From Octopus vulgaris (taxonomy: Eukaryota): a stretch of 64,000 nucleotides of DNA. Location of the stretch: NCBI GenBank assembly GCA_951406725.2, contig OX597820.1, positions 17,174,001 to 17,238,000 of the forward strand, in the 5' to 3' direction. How positions within the stretch are numbered: position 1 is the stretch's first letter; each line of letters opens with the position of its first letter. A program made the translations under genes and the position numbers. Positions 1-13,029 of this stretch are shown here, piece by piece. The notes under the pieces were generated by a model. The model ran no database searches and was not told the DNA's origin. It saw only the letters and a program-made list of their open reading frames with translations.

Positions 1-651
1 CGTGTTTAACAAGCATCCGTTTTTATTCAGAAATGTGTCACACCAAACGCCGACAGTCCACACTGAAGTAAACGCTACACCGGACTTGGAGAAATACCAG
101 TTCTGCTTCTCAATCAATATCAAATATTAAAGAACAACTCTGAACTGCAGAACTTCAATAGTTATCATAATACGATGCTATTTGAAACGGTTGGCCATTT
201 CCTAGATAATAATGGATCTACTAAAACCAAAACTGAACCGCCTGACTTGATATAAAGTATTACCGACCAACTGTTGTAAATAATCTGCTTAATGTTCTGT
301 AAAGGACTTGATATTCACAGTTCTCTTTTCCGAAGTAAAACGGTAAATTAGGTTTATAGTTTTTATAGGGTTAATACTCTTTAAAAAAATAAAAAATAAA
401 ACTCTGCCATGATTTGATCAAAGAATAACAGGAACTTGATCCATAAAGACAATGAAATGGCAATTATAGAACTGCCTTTGTCGAGATATTATTGTGATTT
501 AAGTCATTTGGTTATTGCGTGCTTCCAGCGTACAACCAACTGTTGCTCCGTTTGCCTGGAGTATTTGTGGTGCTGTCTCTTTGGCTTGATTGCTTTTCAT
601 CTATGACTATTTTGGGTACTTAATTCTCCTCATATATATATACATACATAC

Positions 652-747
<96 letters not shown>

Positions 748-794
748 TATATACATACATACATATACATATACATACATAATACATATATATG

Positions 795-960
795 TATACA
801 TATAGTTGAAAAATATAGACAAAAGACGAAGAGAGGTGTATGAACTACAAGCAAGTGCATTGGTTTGGCGTTGGGGAAAATTTTTTAAATATTTTACGTT
901 TCGAGTCTATGCTCTTCAACAGAAAGGGATAAGAGAAAATAAACAGAGAGAAAATGGCGA
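795..960 (-). mobile_element. Short HHR-bearing non-autonomous element, family E
   Basis: Minus strand reads ctttCTGTTGA-a-gagcatagactc-GAAA-cg-TA (core 899-922). Similar to 19975-20150 and 62495-62660. Flanked by TA-rich repeats. Confidence 0.6.
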
Positions 961-975
961 ATTATTTTATATATA

Positions 976-1046
<71 letters not shown>

Positions 1047-1172
1047 AAAAGCAATAAAGATTCAAGTTAATTTAAATGAATTTACTTGAATATGGTACCT
1101 AACTTAGATGCACCAAAAAAACTATACTGTTTTAACAATATAATAACAGTACAGTATTTTAGCAATACAGTA

Positions 1173-1263
1173 TTTTAGCTGATGAGTACAGGACACGTTT
1201 ATATGCTGTAATTTTTGCAACTTTTAATAAAGCCTGTCCTTGTATGAAACGATTGTACTAAAA
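1173..1263 (+). ncRNA. Type I hammerhead ribozyme in a short element (~1045-1295) between (TA)n tracts
   Basis: Stem I TTTTAG(1173-78)/CTAAAA(1258-63); CTGATGA 1179-85; stem II gtacaggaca/tgtccttgtat; GAAA 1246-49; short stem III cgattg; UH = TA 1256-57. Confidence 0.75.
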
Positions 1264-1397
1264 ACCTATCCATTCTTGTTGCTTCTTTCTCGCGTATATA
1301 TATATATATATATATACGATGTATGTGTGTGTTTGTGCGCGCTGAAAAGCTTAGGTCTTGTGCTTATAGTAGAGAGGTTTATTTTAATTAGACTTAA

Positions 1398-1570
1398 ACC
1401 AGCGAGCTAGCAGAATCGTTAGCAGTTCGGACGTAATGCTTAGTGGCATTTCGTTCATCTTTACGTTCTGAGTTCAAATTTCGCTGAGGCCCGTTTTGCC
1501 GTTCGTCTTTTCAGGCTCCGTGAAATAATTACCAATAAAATTTGCGGCCCTTGAGCCAAAATTAGAAAAG
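1398..1570 (+). mobile_element. tRNA-derived SINE, family B (Nin-like domain), decayed
   Basis: gcgagctagcagaatcgttagc...ctgagttcaaatt head shared with many copies in the window. Confidence 0.7.
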
Positions 1571-3049
1571 TATATTATGGACAGACTGAATGGTTAACAA
1601 TTGGAATTGTTTCAAATCCCTCGCCCCATCTATCGATGTTGCTCTGTGTTATATATTTTATGTGTACTAAACCCTGTGCCATTGTTCAAAGACACCAGTT
1701 TCGAAATAGGACGTAGAGATCAGGAACATGCCAAAGACGTCACTCTAAGGATATCGCACACTACACAGCTTGTGGTGGTTACGTGCACATCCATTCGGTC
1801 ATAGAATAATAAAAAGATTGGCTTGGTTATTTTAGTTTTACCTCATGCTATTTCAATTCTGCTAGTCAAGGGACGTTTAAAATCAGTACCGGAATCGATT
1901 TTTTTCCTTGTGGTATCTGGTTACCACCGTGTAAGATTTAAAAAAAATATGATTGTGTTTTTCTTGAATGCATTCCTCTCATCTTGCGCACATACGAACC
2001 GATGTATTTTCGGCGGTTCTTTAAACTTATTTATTCAATTAACCAGGTTTTCCTCATTGAGAGCAAGACAATTATTTTTTAAATATAGTTTTGTAATTAA
2101 CTGATTTCTCGATACTAGTTTACAGAACTGATTAGAATGGACAATGCTAAACTCGATTGTCAACAGAAGAACTTAAAGAATGTTGTTGTTGCAATTGTGG
2201 TCGTTAGCACTGGATAATCGTTGATTTGGGAGATCTACAATAAAAAATATGTGAGCCATGATCATCTGACTTCGTAGAATCACGTAGGCAACAACTTTTT
2301 GAATTATCCCTTTGTTTAAGATCGTAGCACATTATCTGAGTGACACTTAGTTATAATATGTAGAAAGCTGTGTCACCACCTAGAGAATCATCCTTTATTG
2401 GCTTCAAATACAGAATAAGTTTCTATATGACACCACTACAGTCGCTGAGTTTCTATTATGCCAGCGTTTTATATCATATATGATTTTCGAAGCAACACTT
2501 TTGTTCGGTACTTTATCCTTCAATAATTGCAATTTCGAGAGCAAAAACGAATATAAAGAATATTTTAAACAGGTTGAACTAATCAAAAATAAATTATATC
2601 AACATATAAGAACCAAACTCCTTAATAATGGTTTCAGTTTTGTAACTCACACTTACAAATTGTGTATTAACTTACAAGTTATCTATGTATTCTATCGAGA
2701 CTACCAAATACTAAATTGTCCAATTGTTAAAAACAAAATAGCAATTACCAAGTTATTTATCATTTTTATATGACATACTAGACGCTATAAAACATTCGGT
2801 TGTATAGAAACTGAAAATACTTTCGCAAATATTGGTCATTTTATTGACTGGAAAGGAAGGGCTATGAATTATATCTCCTGTGTTCAAATTATATATCGTG
2901 TTCGTAAAAAATTGAGCGCTTTGCGATGTTCGTTGCAGTTTGACCGAATCTCGGTGAAGTTTAAAGGGAGAACGTAAAAAGCAGAAACAAATACCACAAG
3001 GTATTTTGACCGGCGCTCGAACGACACTGCTTCTCCAACTAATAATTCT

Positions 3050-3250
3050 TTCTACTAAAATTACAAGGCCTTGAAATTTGGGGTATGGGTTAAGTGGATT
3101 ACATAGACCCCAGTGAAACACTGGTACTCAATTTATCGACCCTGAAAGAATCAAATGCAAAGTCGATCTCGGAGAAATTCGAACTCAGAACGTAGCGACG
3201 GGCGAAATGCCACTAAACATTTCTTTCAGCGTGCTAACGATTCTGCCAAT
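3050..3250 (-). mobile_element. SINE family B
   Basis: Reverse complement of the family B head and body (tcgaccc...aaagtcga...aactcagaacgtagcg...gctaacgattctgcca). Confidence 0.75.
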
Positions 3251-3263
3251 TAAGTCAAGATAT

Positions 3264-3514
3264 AAGCGCAGGCATGGCTATGTAGTTAAGAAACTCTCTT
3301 TGCAACCATGTTGCTTCGAGGTCAGTCCCACTGCACGGCATCTTGGGCAAATGTCTTCTACTATAGCCCCAAGCCGAGCAAAGAATCGTGATTAGATGTG
3401 GTAGACGGAAACTGAAGAAAGCTCGTTGTAGCTTTACAAATGCACACACACACTCACGCATATATATATGGGCGTGTGTGTGTGTGTGCGTGTGTGTGCG
3501 TGTGTGTGCGATTG

Positions 3515-3549
<35 letters not shown>

Positions 3550-3690
3550 AGTAATCGGTGTTGGTGTGTTTCCATTTCCGTCACTTAGCGGTTCGGCAAA
3601 ACAGACCGATAAAATAAGTGCCAGGCTATAAAAGGAAATTAGTACTGGGGCCCGATTCATTCGACAAAATATTCTTGAAGGTGATGCCCC
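3264..3690 (+). mobile_element. tRNA-derived SINE, family A (CORE-like, internal microsatellite)
   Basis: gcgcaggcatggct...cagtcccactgc...ttgggcaaatgtcttctactatagcc...(GT)n...cttagcggttcggcaaa. Confidence 0.75.
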
Positions 3691-3884
3691 TGACGGAAAC
3701 AAGGGAAAAATTATATATATATTCCTGGCAGTCTTCCAGGTAATTTCCATCTACCGAATTAACTTCCAAGGTATCGGTCGCCTCAGGGCTATAGCAGGAG
3801 ACTCTTCCTCAAGGTGCCGTGTAGCGGAACCGAACCCGAAACCACACGGCTTGTAAAACGCATTTCTTAACCACCACAGTCATA

Positions 3885-4283
3885 CTATTTTACTCTCTTT
3901 TACTTGTTTCAGTCATTTGACTGTGGCCATGCTGGAGCACCGCCTTTAATCGAGCAACTCGACCCCGGGACTTATTCTTTTGTAAGCCCAGTACTTATTC
4001 TATCGGTCTCTTTTGCCGAACCGCTAAGTAACGGGGACATAAACACACCAGCATCGGTTGCCAAGCAATGCTAGGGGGACAAACACAGACACACGCATAT
4101 ATATATATACATATATACGACGGGCTTCTTTCAGTTTCCATCTACCAAATCCACTCACAAGGTTCTGGTCGGCCCGAGGCTATAGTAGAAGACACTTGCC
4201 CAAGGTGCCACGCAGTGAGACTGAACTCGGAACCATGTGGTTGGTAAGCAAGCTACTTACCACACAGCCACTCCTGCGCCTAC
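3885..4283 (-). mobile_element. SINE family A, full length
   Basis: Near-identical to 8760-9149 and 35612-36024. Confidence 0.85.
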
Positions 4284-4711
4284 ATGCGTATTTATCATCA
4301 TTAACTAGTATTAGGTTTCTTTAAATATTGCTTTAACTAAAATTAAAGATGGTTTGTTCTACGCGTTTGGAGATCGAAATAAAACAGAAAGCGCACAAAT
4401 ATTGCGTTGTGATTTAATTTTCGGATTGCTTCAAATGAACAGAGAAGAGCAAGCTTCTGGAGAGAAGAGTATAACATCTCCGACGACAATGCAATTAGTG
4501 AAACCGATGCCTCTTAAGGTTTCTCATTAAAATATCACTCATTGTTTTCTTTTGTTTAGGTCCAATATAATATCGTGAGTATTTGAATCGAGAATTTAAT
4601 TAAAGAAATATGAAATTGTAATAATTTAATATAATAACTTTTGTCCCCTCATCCAATTCTCTTTGTCTGTTTGTCTGTCTATCCGACTGGTGGGCTGGCT
4701 GTCTGCCTCTC

Positions 4712-4770
<59 letters not shown>

Positions 4771-4859
4771 CTGTCTATCTGTCTGTCCGTATGCCTGCCT
4801 GCCTGCCTGCCTCATGCTTGCTTAATTCTCTATTAATCTTGTAGCTGGATTCATGTTTC

Positions 4860-5074
4860 ATCCTTTTCTTAAACTTGTTCCAGTCGTGAGACCGAGGCCG
4901 TGCTGGGGCACTGCCTTGAGAAATATTTAGTCAAACGTATCAACACCAATGCTTATATTCTTTCTAAGTCTGGTTTCTATTTCATCGGTCGCTTTTGACG
5001 AACCGCTAATTTACAGAGACGGAAACACACTAAAAACAGTTGTCAAGGGTACTGAGGGATAAACACACACACAC

Positions 5075-5161
<87 letters not shown>

Positions 5162-5325
5162 AACGGACATATGTATGCAAATACGACAAGCTTCCTTCAA
5201 TTTCTGGCAACAGAATCCGCTCACAAGATTTTGGTCGGATCGAGGCTTTAATAGAAGACACTTGCTCAAGGTGCCAAAACCGGAACCATACGGTTGGAGA
5301 GCAAGCTCCTTACTACGCATCATAC
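4860..5325 (-). mobile_element. SINE family A, diverged
   Basis: Same motif order as other copies, with (CA)n in the middle. Confidence 0.7.
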
Positions 5326-5539
5326 CTTTGTCTGTTTCACTGTCTGTCTACCTTATCTTTACACATATAAATGTTGAGGCTTTTTCAAGAATATAGAGAG
5401 TGATATTTTTCTACCGTGTAGTCAGAGAGGAGAAAGAACAGACGGTAAATAATTAATTTTTTAAGGCCTTCGAGACTGCGAAGAGATAATGAGGAAATTA
5501 TGTTCACATAGAAACCTAGGTGTGAATGTTTCCTTTTTT

Positions 5540-5930
5540 AGTACTATAGGCACAAGGCCTGAAATTTGGGTGAGGGGGATAGTCAATTGCATCGACCCCA
5601 GCGTTTCACCGGTACTTAATTATCGACCCCGAAACGATGAAAGGCAAAGTCGACCTCGTCGGAATTTGAACTCAGAACGTAGCGGCAAACGAAATACCTA
5701 TTTCTTTATTACCCACAAGGAGCTAAACATAGAGGGGACAAACAAGGACAGACATAGGTATTAAGTCAATTACATCGACCCCAGTGCATAACTGGTACTT
5801 AATTTATAGACCCCGAAAGGATGAAAGGCAAAGTCGACCTCGGCGGAATTTGAACTCAGAACATAAAGACAGACGAAATACCGCTAAGCATTTCACCCGG
5901 CGTGCTAACGATTCTGCCAACTCGCCACCT
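5540..5930 (-). mobile_element. SINE family B, internally duplicated (dimeric)
   Basis: Two tandem copies of gacccc...gatgaaaggcaaagtcgacctcg...aactcagaac. Confidence 0.8.
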
Positions 5931-6094
5931 TGGTGTGAATGTTTCCTACAGAGTGAATTTTGTTAACGGTGCCGTGGTACCCGGTTGTGGTATTGAAGCG
6001 GATGATGCCTTCCATCCAAAGGGCTCAGAATGCAAACAACCAAAAGAATAGCACTAGACCATTTCCAGGATGACTCTCGATCACCACTCCACTT

Positions 6095-7920
6095 TTGTCT
6101 CGCCTTAATACTCTCTCGAAATTGCTCGATGGCCTACAAGATGGCTATAAAATATTTGATAAAAATATAAATCATCTCATTTACATGCATGATTGAAAGC
6201 TCTTTGCAAAAAAGGACTAACCACTATAGGGCTTACTAGCGATTGTTAAACAATTCAGTGATGACATCATGATGCAATTTGGCCTCAATAAATGTGCAAA
6301 ATCTACCTTTATCAAAGGAAAAATGACAGAAACATCTCATGTTAATCTTGACCAGCAGAATGTCATAAAGGAATTAGAACCAGCAGAGAGCTACAGATAC
6401 TTAGGGATATTTGAAGGGGACGGAATCAAACAGTGATGAGGAAAAGGATCAGAAGAGAATGTTACCGCAGTGTAAGTGCAATACTCAAGACAGAGCTGAA
6501 TGCAAGAATCAAGATCGAAGCGATCAATACTTAAGGCATACCAGTCGTGACTTACACCTTCAATATCATTAACTGGTCAATTACTGAAATATGTTATCTT
6601 CACAGAAAGATACGGAAATTGTTGACAATGCATTGAATGCGCCACCTTAAGGCAGATACAGAACGACTTCACCTGCAAAGAAAAGAGGGTAACCGTGGGC
6701 TTTTACAACTGGCAATAACAATGAAGATTGCCACAATTGGCCTAAACACCTACCTGAAAAACCTTGATGACTGGATGTTAAAACTTGTCTCAAAGCATGA
6801 TAACAAGAGAGCATCATAATCAGTAACAAAACAGACACAGGAATATCTAAGTGAATTCCAAATATAAAAAATTCCAGAATTAGACGTACTAGAAATAAGC
6901 ACATAAAAACCTAAGCGTATGAAAACCCGTACTAAAACTGCTGCCTTAGATATTCTTAACGATCAATGACAAGAAAATCCTCTCAATTGCAAATACCCAA
7001 AGATATCTAATAGTGCCGATGTTGACAATGCCCTTACCCATCAATGGATACTGTCTTCTGGCTTAAAATCAGAAACAGAAGGGTTTATCAAAGCAGCCCA
7101 ATATTAATGCCTACCTACAGGGAACTACCAGGCCAACATATTAAAGAACGGCAGCCGTGTCAACAACAAAATGAAACCATTTATCATGTTGTTTCCATGT
7201 GCAGTCTTCTTGCACCTACAGAGTATCTCAACAGGCATGATAGAGCAGCATAATATATTCACTGGGTAGTTTGCAAAAGCCTGGACCTGCACCATGATAA
7301 AAACTGATGAGAACACAAACCACCTCCAGTGCTTGAAAATGATCATATCTCACTCCTCTGGAACTTCACTAGTCAAACTGACAGCAAGATATATGCGAAT
7401 AGGCCAGATATTATATTGAAAGACTTCAGATAAAAATCATGTCTCCTCATTGGTATGACTGTCCCAATCGACATAAATGTATCTGTCAAGATCTACCAAA
7501 AACTGAGTAAGTATAAAGATCTTGAAATAGAAATTGGCAAAATGTGGAACCTCAGGACTGAAAGGATAGCTATTGTCATAGGTACCCTGGGAATGATAGC
7601 AAAAGGGTCTGATTCCTATTTCGCTCAGATACCAGGAAATGCAAAAATGGCAGAAATTCAAAAGATAGTGCTCATGGGAACTGCCCATATCCTACATAAA
7701 ATACTGTCTAGGTAATCTCAAATTTTAAAACAAACTCATAATTTTCATACGCTTTCTTAAACGTTCTCTAGAACAATACTATGTGCAAAACCAAATATGT
7801 GACACCTTAGGAATAACACCAACATGAATTTCTGACATGTTGTCTCTTGAGGTCTCTAGGTAAGATTTGTAGTGAACTTGTACAAATACAAAGCAAAAAT
7901 TCAAACATATAATAATAATA
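6095..7920 (+). pseudogene. 5'-truncated, decayed non-LTR retrotransposon with restriction-like endonuclease (R4/Dong-like): RT C-terminus, CCHC knuckle, RLE, 3'UTR
   Basis: Broken frames give INHLIYMHD*KLFA, FGLNKCAK, YRYLGI, KADTERLHLQRKEGNRGL, ETIYHVVSMC..LAPTEYLNRHD, RPDII, MTVPID..KYKDLEIEI..IVIGTLG..LMGTAHILHKIL. Short (AAT)n tail near 7911. Confidence 0.85.
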
Positions 7921-8030
7921 TTTCCCAAGACACCTATCCGTCGAATGTAAATAATGTAAAAAAATATCCGTCGAATGTAAATAATATAAATAATGTACAT
8001 AATTCCTCATCTCTTAAATATAGAACTGTG
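7918..8030 (+). mobile_element. Internally deleted copy of the tRNA-head/HHR family (ribozyme core missing)
   Basis: tttcccaagacacc is joined directly to tatccgtcgaatgtaaataatgt; these two segments flank the HHR at 22360-22470 and 51280-51382. Confidence 0.6.
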
Positions 8031-8391
8031 TAATAATATTTGTTCCTCTATAGATTGTAATGGCATAAGGTTACACATTGCTATATGCATCTATTTATTC
8101 TCAATACACATTTAATCTGATTGGGTCAATGACCGCCGAGACAAGATGTAAAAAATCAACTATCCGTACCGTAACCAGAATAAGAATTTTAGGTAGGTGT
8201 TCTATAGGAATCTCACTGTTTCAGACATGAAGCGTAACTTTAAGATATATATATACATATATTCATATGTACATTAAAATTATGAGTTATATGTTTGCAT
8301 GTGTTTGCCTTGGCGTGTAGGAGTGTAGACATGTAGGCATCTAGAACTGCGGGCGTGTTCGAGTACGTACATCAATTGACGAATCAGATAT

Positions 8392-8427
<36 letters not shown>

Positions 8428-8716
8428 TGTTCATGTCAGTTTTGTATGTAGAATATTTTGTCTTTGAGTAAAAAAAAAGTATTCGAATATTTGGTTATCT
8501 TTTTTTTTAATAACATATTATAAATCTAATCTCATGGAAGATGATTTATGTTAAAGAATAGCTTCATGCAGAAAATGATGTAAATCAACAATCATTCAGA
8601 TACTACTAAGTTCAGCCTGGTCTGCTGATGCTTGATTTACTTCACCACCCTTGGAAGATTTCGAGCATGAAACACTTCGATAACATAACTTGGCTGTTAT
8701 GAGACTACATTCAATA

Positions 8717-8759
<43 letters not shown>

Positions 8760-8761
<2 letters not shown>

Positions 8762-9149
8762 CTCTTTTACTCTTTTACGTGTTTCAGTCATTTGACTACG
8801 GCCATGCTGGAGCACCGCCTTTAGTCGAGCAAATCGACCCCAGGACTTATTCTTTGTAAGCCTAGTACTTATTCTAGCGGTTTCTTTTGCCGAACCGCTA
8901 AGTTACGGGTACATGAACATCGGTTGTCAAGCGATGTTGGGAGGACAAACAGACACACAAATACACACATGTATATACATATGCACATCAGGCTTCTTTC
9001 AGTTTCCGTCTACCAAATCCACTCACAAGGCTTTGGTCGGCCCGAGGCTATAGTAGAAGACACTTGCCCAAAGTGCCACGCAATGGGACTGAACCCGGAA
9101 GCATGTGGTTGGTAAGCAAGCTACTTACCACACAGCCACTCCTGAGCCT
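8760..9149 (-). mobile_element. SINE family A
   Basis: Full motif series, as at 3885-4283. Confidence 0.85.
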
Positions 9150-9160
9150 ATATATATATA

Positions 9161-9319
9161 TATATTAGAGGGAAACCACTATGTGGACACCCATATGCTA
9201 GAAATAGATCCGCTACGGTCTCACCACTAACAAATGTTCTCAAGAAAAATTGGTGGTGAGACCGTAGCGGATCTATTTCTAGCATATGGGTGTCCACATA
9301 GTGGTTTACCTCTAATATA
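9161..9319. repeat. Near-perfect inverted repeat, ~67-70 bp arms
   Basis: 9161-9227 is the reverse complement of 9253-9319 with one mismatch. Confidence 0.9.
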
Positions 9320-9463
9320 AATATATATGTATATAATACAATTTTACTGAACCTTCAGTTTTTTTATGCTGGACCACTCCTGTGAAATCGATGTTAATTA
9401 AATTAATATCTAATTTCTCACCCTCATTTTAAATTTTAAATTTAAAATTAAATTATATATATA

Positions 9464-9514
<51 letters not shown>

Positions 9515-9523
9515 GTGTTTACT

Positions 9524-9784
9524 GTTGTGTCTGGTGAGAGCGATTTTCTTTTTGTGCCTTATAATTTAACACACTCACCGGTAAAATTTCCACTTATACC
9601 TTATTTTTATTTTCCTAAAATTTTCGTTGCAACCTTTTCAGTAGTCTTGACTCTTGACTCAAGACTATTGAAAAGGTTGCAAGACGCAACGAAAATTTTA
9701 GGAGGATTATAAATAAGGGATAAGTTGAAATTTTACCGGTGAGTGTGAAGGTACAAAAAGAAAATGACTCTCCCCAGACACAAC
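9524..9784. mobile_element. Fold-back mini-element, family G, with HHR core in the arms
   Basis: Arms of ~125 bp. Right arm reads ctaTTGAAAA-g-gttgc/gcaac-GAAA-at-TT-tag (9665-9701). Related copy at 46865-47022. Confidence 0.7.
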
Positions 9785-9829
9785 GGAATATGCTTCAACA
9801 CACGAACTCATATAAAGAATCTTGTAAAC

Positions 9830-9888
<59 letters not shown>

Positions 9889-9889
9889 T

Positions 9890-9926
<37 letters not shown>

Positions 9927-10112
9927 AAAGTGTTCCGTGATAGTATGATCAATAATAAAGTACTCCATCTGGTTAGAGATAGATAGTATTTAATACACGC
10001 AGTATGTATTTTTACGACCTATTAGTAATTTATTTCAGACGATAAAAACAACTTAGAAAGAATTCTATAATATGTCTGCTTCCCTCACACACACGCACAC
10101 ACACACACACAC

Positions 10113-10212
<100 letters not shown>

Positions 10213-10358
10213 TGTATACTTAAAGGAATCACTGATTAACGTTGTAAGTAAAACTTTCCAAATGTTTGTTTGCAAACATTACGAATGTTCTGGATGTTTC
10301 AGCATGAGGGAGAGAGAGAGAGAGCTACCTCAGCACTCGGCTGGTATTTGTTTTCAGT

Positions 10359-10777
10359 AAGGCGGCGCGCTGACAGAAACGTTAGCACGCCGGACGAAAT
10401 ACTTAGCGGTATTTCGTCTGCCGCTACGTTCTGAGTTCAAATTTCGCCGAAGTCGACTTTGCCTTTTATCCTTTCGGGGTCGATAAATTAAGTCCCAGTT
10501 TCGCACTGGATTCAATGTAATCAACTTAATACCTATGTCTGTCTTTGTTTGTCCCCTCTATGTTTAGCCCCTTGTGAGTAATAAAGAAATAGGTATTTCG
10601 TCTGCCGCTACGTTCTGAGTTCAAATTCCGCCAAGGTCGACTTTGCCTTTCATCCTTTCGGGGTCGATTAAATAGGTACCAGTTACGCACTGGGGTCGAT
10701 ATAATCGACTTAATCTGTTTGTCTGTCCTTGTTTGTCCCCTGTGTGTTTAGCCCCTTGTGGGTAGTAAAGAAATAGG
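10359..10777 (+). mobile_element. SINE family B, dimeric
   Basis: One head followed by two tandem bodies (gtatttcgtctgccgctacgttctgagttcaaatt...aaagaaatagg x2). Confidence 0.85.
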
Positions 10778-11544
10778 TTTTAGTTTTCAGTTAAGTAGAC
10801 TAGAATAAAGTGAAATGCACTGCCTTCCCCAAAGACAAAACGCACTACCAGTTCTAGTGGCTGACGGACGTCGTTTAGCAGCAATGGTGGCATAGATAAA
10901 TACATATTCCCCAATTTGTCATCACCTAACTGCCACTTGCAACCGCTGCCAAGACATAATCAACCGCTACTGATATAGTAAAACATTGTTGAACAGACAC
11001 TGATGTTGCAATTAGTTGGCAGTCTGAATAAACTTTATTATTAGCGAGAGAGTTGTATCAGTTCAAAATAGCAATCAGCGTGTCATACTTAAACCCAGAC
11101 ACATTGTTGAAAGCCTGCTAAACTGTGATATTCGTCTCGAGGAAAGCATCTCTTAGAAACGTATAGTCTTAAAGAATGCAGAAATATATCAGTGGATACT
11201 GCTGATATAGTTCTGCAATTTTATTCTATCCGTCTATAAATGGTTTTTACCCGAGACGAATAGCGTAGTTTAGGAGGTTTTCAACGATATATCTACTTTC
11301 TGTATGATAGACAGATTGCTAGGTAAACGCATAATGTTTCTGTCGCTAATAACAGATGATATACGTGTGTATGTATGTATGTATGTATTATGTATGTATT
11401 ATGTATGTATGTATGTATGTATGTATGTATGTATGTATGTATGTATGTATGTATGTATGTATGTATGTATGTATGTGTGTGTATGTGTGTGAAAGAGAGA
11501 GAGAGAGAGAGAGAGGAAGGGAGAGAGAGATTAAGAAGAAAATG

Positions 11545-11715
11545 CGTGGCATAGTTGTTAGGATGTTGCGCTCACGATCGCGAGATGGTAGTTTTGATTC
11601 TTAGACCGACGGTTGTTTTCCTGAATAAAACACTTTATTTCACGCCGCCCCAGTCCACTCATCTGTAAGTGGGTAACCATGCAACGGGCTGACGTCATTG
11701 TAATACCGTGATATA
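11545..11715 (+). mobile_element. tRNA-derived SINE, family D
   Basis: cgtggcatagttgttagg...cacgatcgcgag...aacactttatttcacg...cagtccactca; related to 46625-46850, 57432-57660 and 62780-62985. Confidence 0.6.
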
Positions 11716-12104
11716 AATATAAATGAACACACACACACACACAGATATATACATTTCAGGAAAGAACAAAAATGACACTCGTAAAGCACTGCTCAACCCG
11801 AAGTCAGAGATAGTCGGCATTTAGTCTTTACGTCTAACTCGAATTTCATAGAATTGTGATACGAACGTGTTTACTGCATATATGCATGTGTATGTATGTA
11901 TGCATGTGTGCGCGAGTGTGTGATTGTGTACGTACGTACATAAAAGCATAGAACGTTATCTAAAAATTGCAAATTCAGTGAAGCATATCAATTGATTGTA
12001 CGTATACGAGAAAATATTTCTACTTGTTCTTTAAAAAGACATAACTATTTCAGGGAAGAGTGTAATTACATACAACACACATATACGTAATAATACATAC
12101 ATAC

Positions 12105-12152
<48 letters not shown>

Positions 12153-12158
<6 letters not shown>

Positions 12159-12912
12159 TAAATGAGGTCTAAAGACACAACATGAAAAGAGTGAAACTTG
12201 ACTATAAAACCACGTTGAATGTTATATCCACGAGGAGCGAGGACAAAACATACAACATGTTTTGTCCTCCGCTTTACCTCATGGTGCGATATGAACATTT
12301 AACGTGGTTTTATAGTCAGAGTTTGGTATTTGTGTGTCTTTAGACACCCTTATTTTTAATTGTTAAAATTTCTTACTTTGTAAGGTATTTCTTTCATGCT
12401 GGCCACTTGATAATTTCGACACTTAAATATCGATATTATCCTCATATATAAATTTATATAATTCGTTATTATATTCACTGCGGTGCTTATTTTAACCATA
12501 TCGTACTTATGCGGTGATTTGCGGGCGATTCAAACTGGCTGTGTCCATACGTGCATATGTATGTATGTGCGACGCTCGTATATGTAAGTATATCGTTTGC
12601 TGTGCATATATATATCTGTATTTATGTACCTTGATATATTCAATTGATGACGGTAAAGCTTATCTAAAGCAGAACCAGAAATCCTTGGATCTTGAATTAT
12701 TCAATAATTTTTGCTTGTATGTTTTGTCCCTCGCTTTACCTCATGGTGCGATATGAACATTTAACGTGGTTTTATAGTCAGAGTTTCGACTGTATTTCGG
12801 CATGTTGGTGTCTTTACCTCATTTTAATTGTTAAAAATACCTTTGTAAGTATTTCTTTCATGTGGCCACTTGATAATTTACACTTAAATATCGATATTAT
12901 CCTCATATATAA

Positions 12913-12918
<6 letters not shown>
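12153..12918. repeat. Inverted plus direct repeat unit between (TA)n tracts
   Basis: 12153-12251 is inverted relative to 12257-12360. 12257-12460 is repeated directly at ~12719-12918. Confidence 0.75.
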
Positions 12919-12975
<57 letters not shown>

Positions 12976-13029
12976 CATACACATACGTACACACACACGC
13001 ACATACATATATATACACAGTGATTAGAC

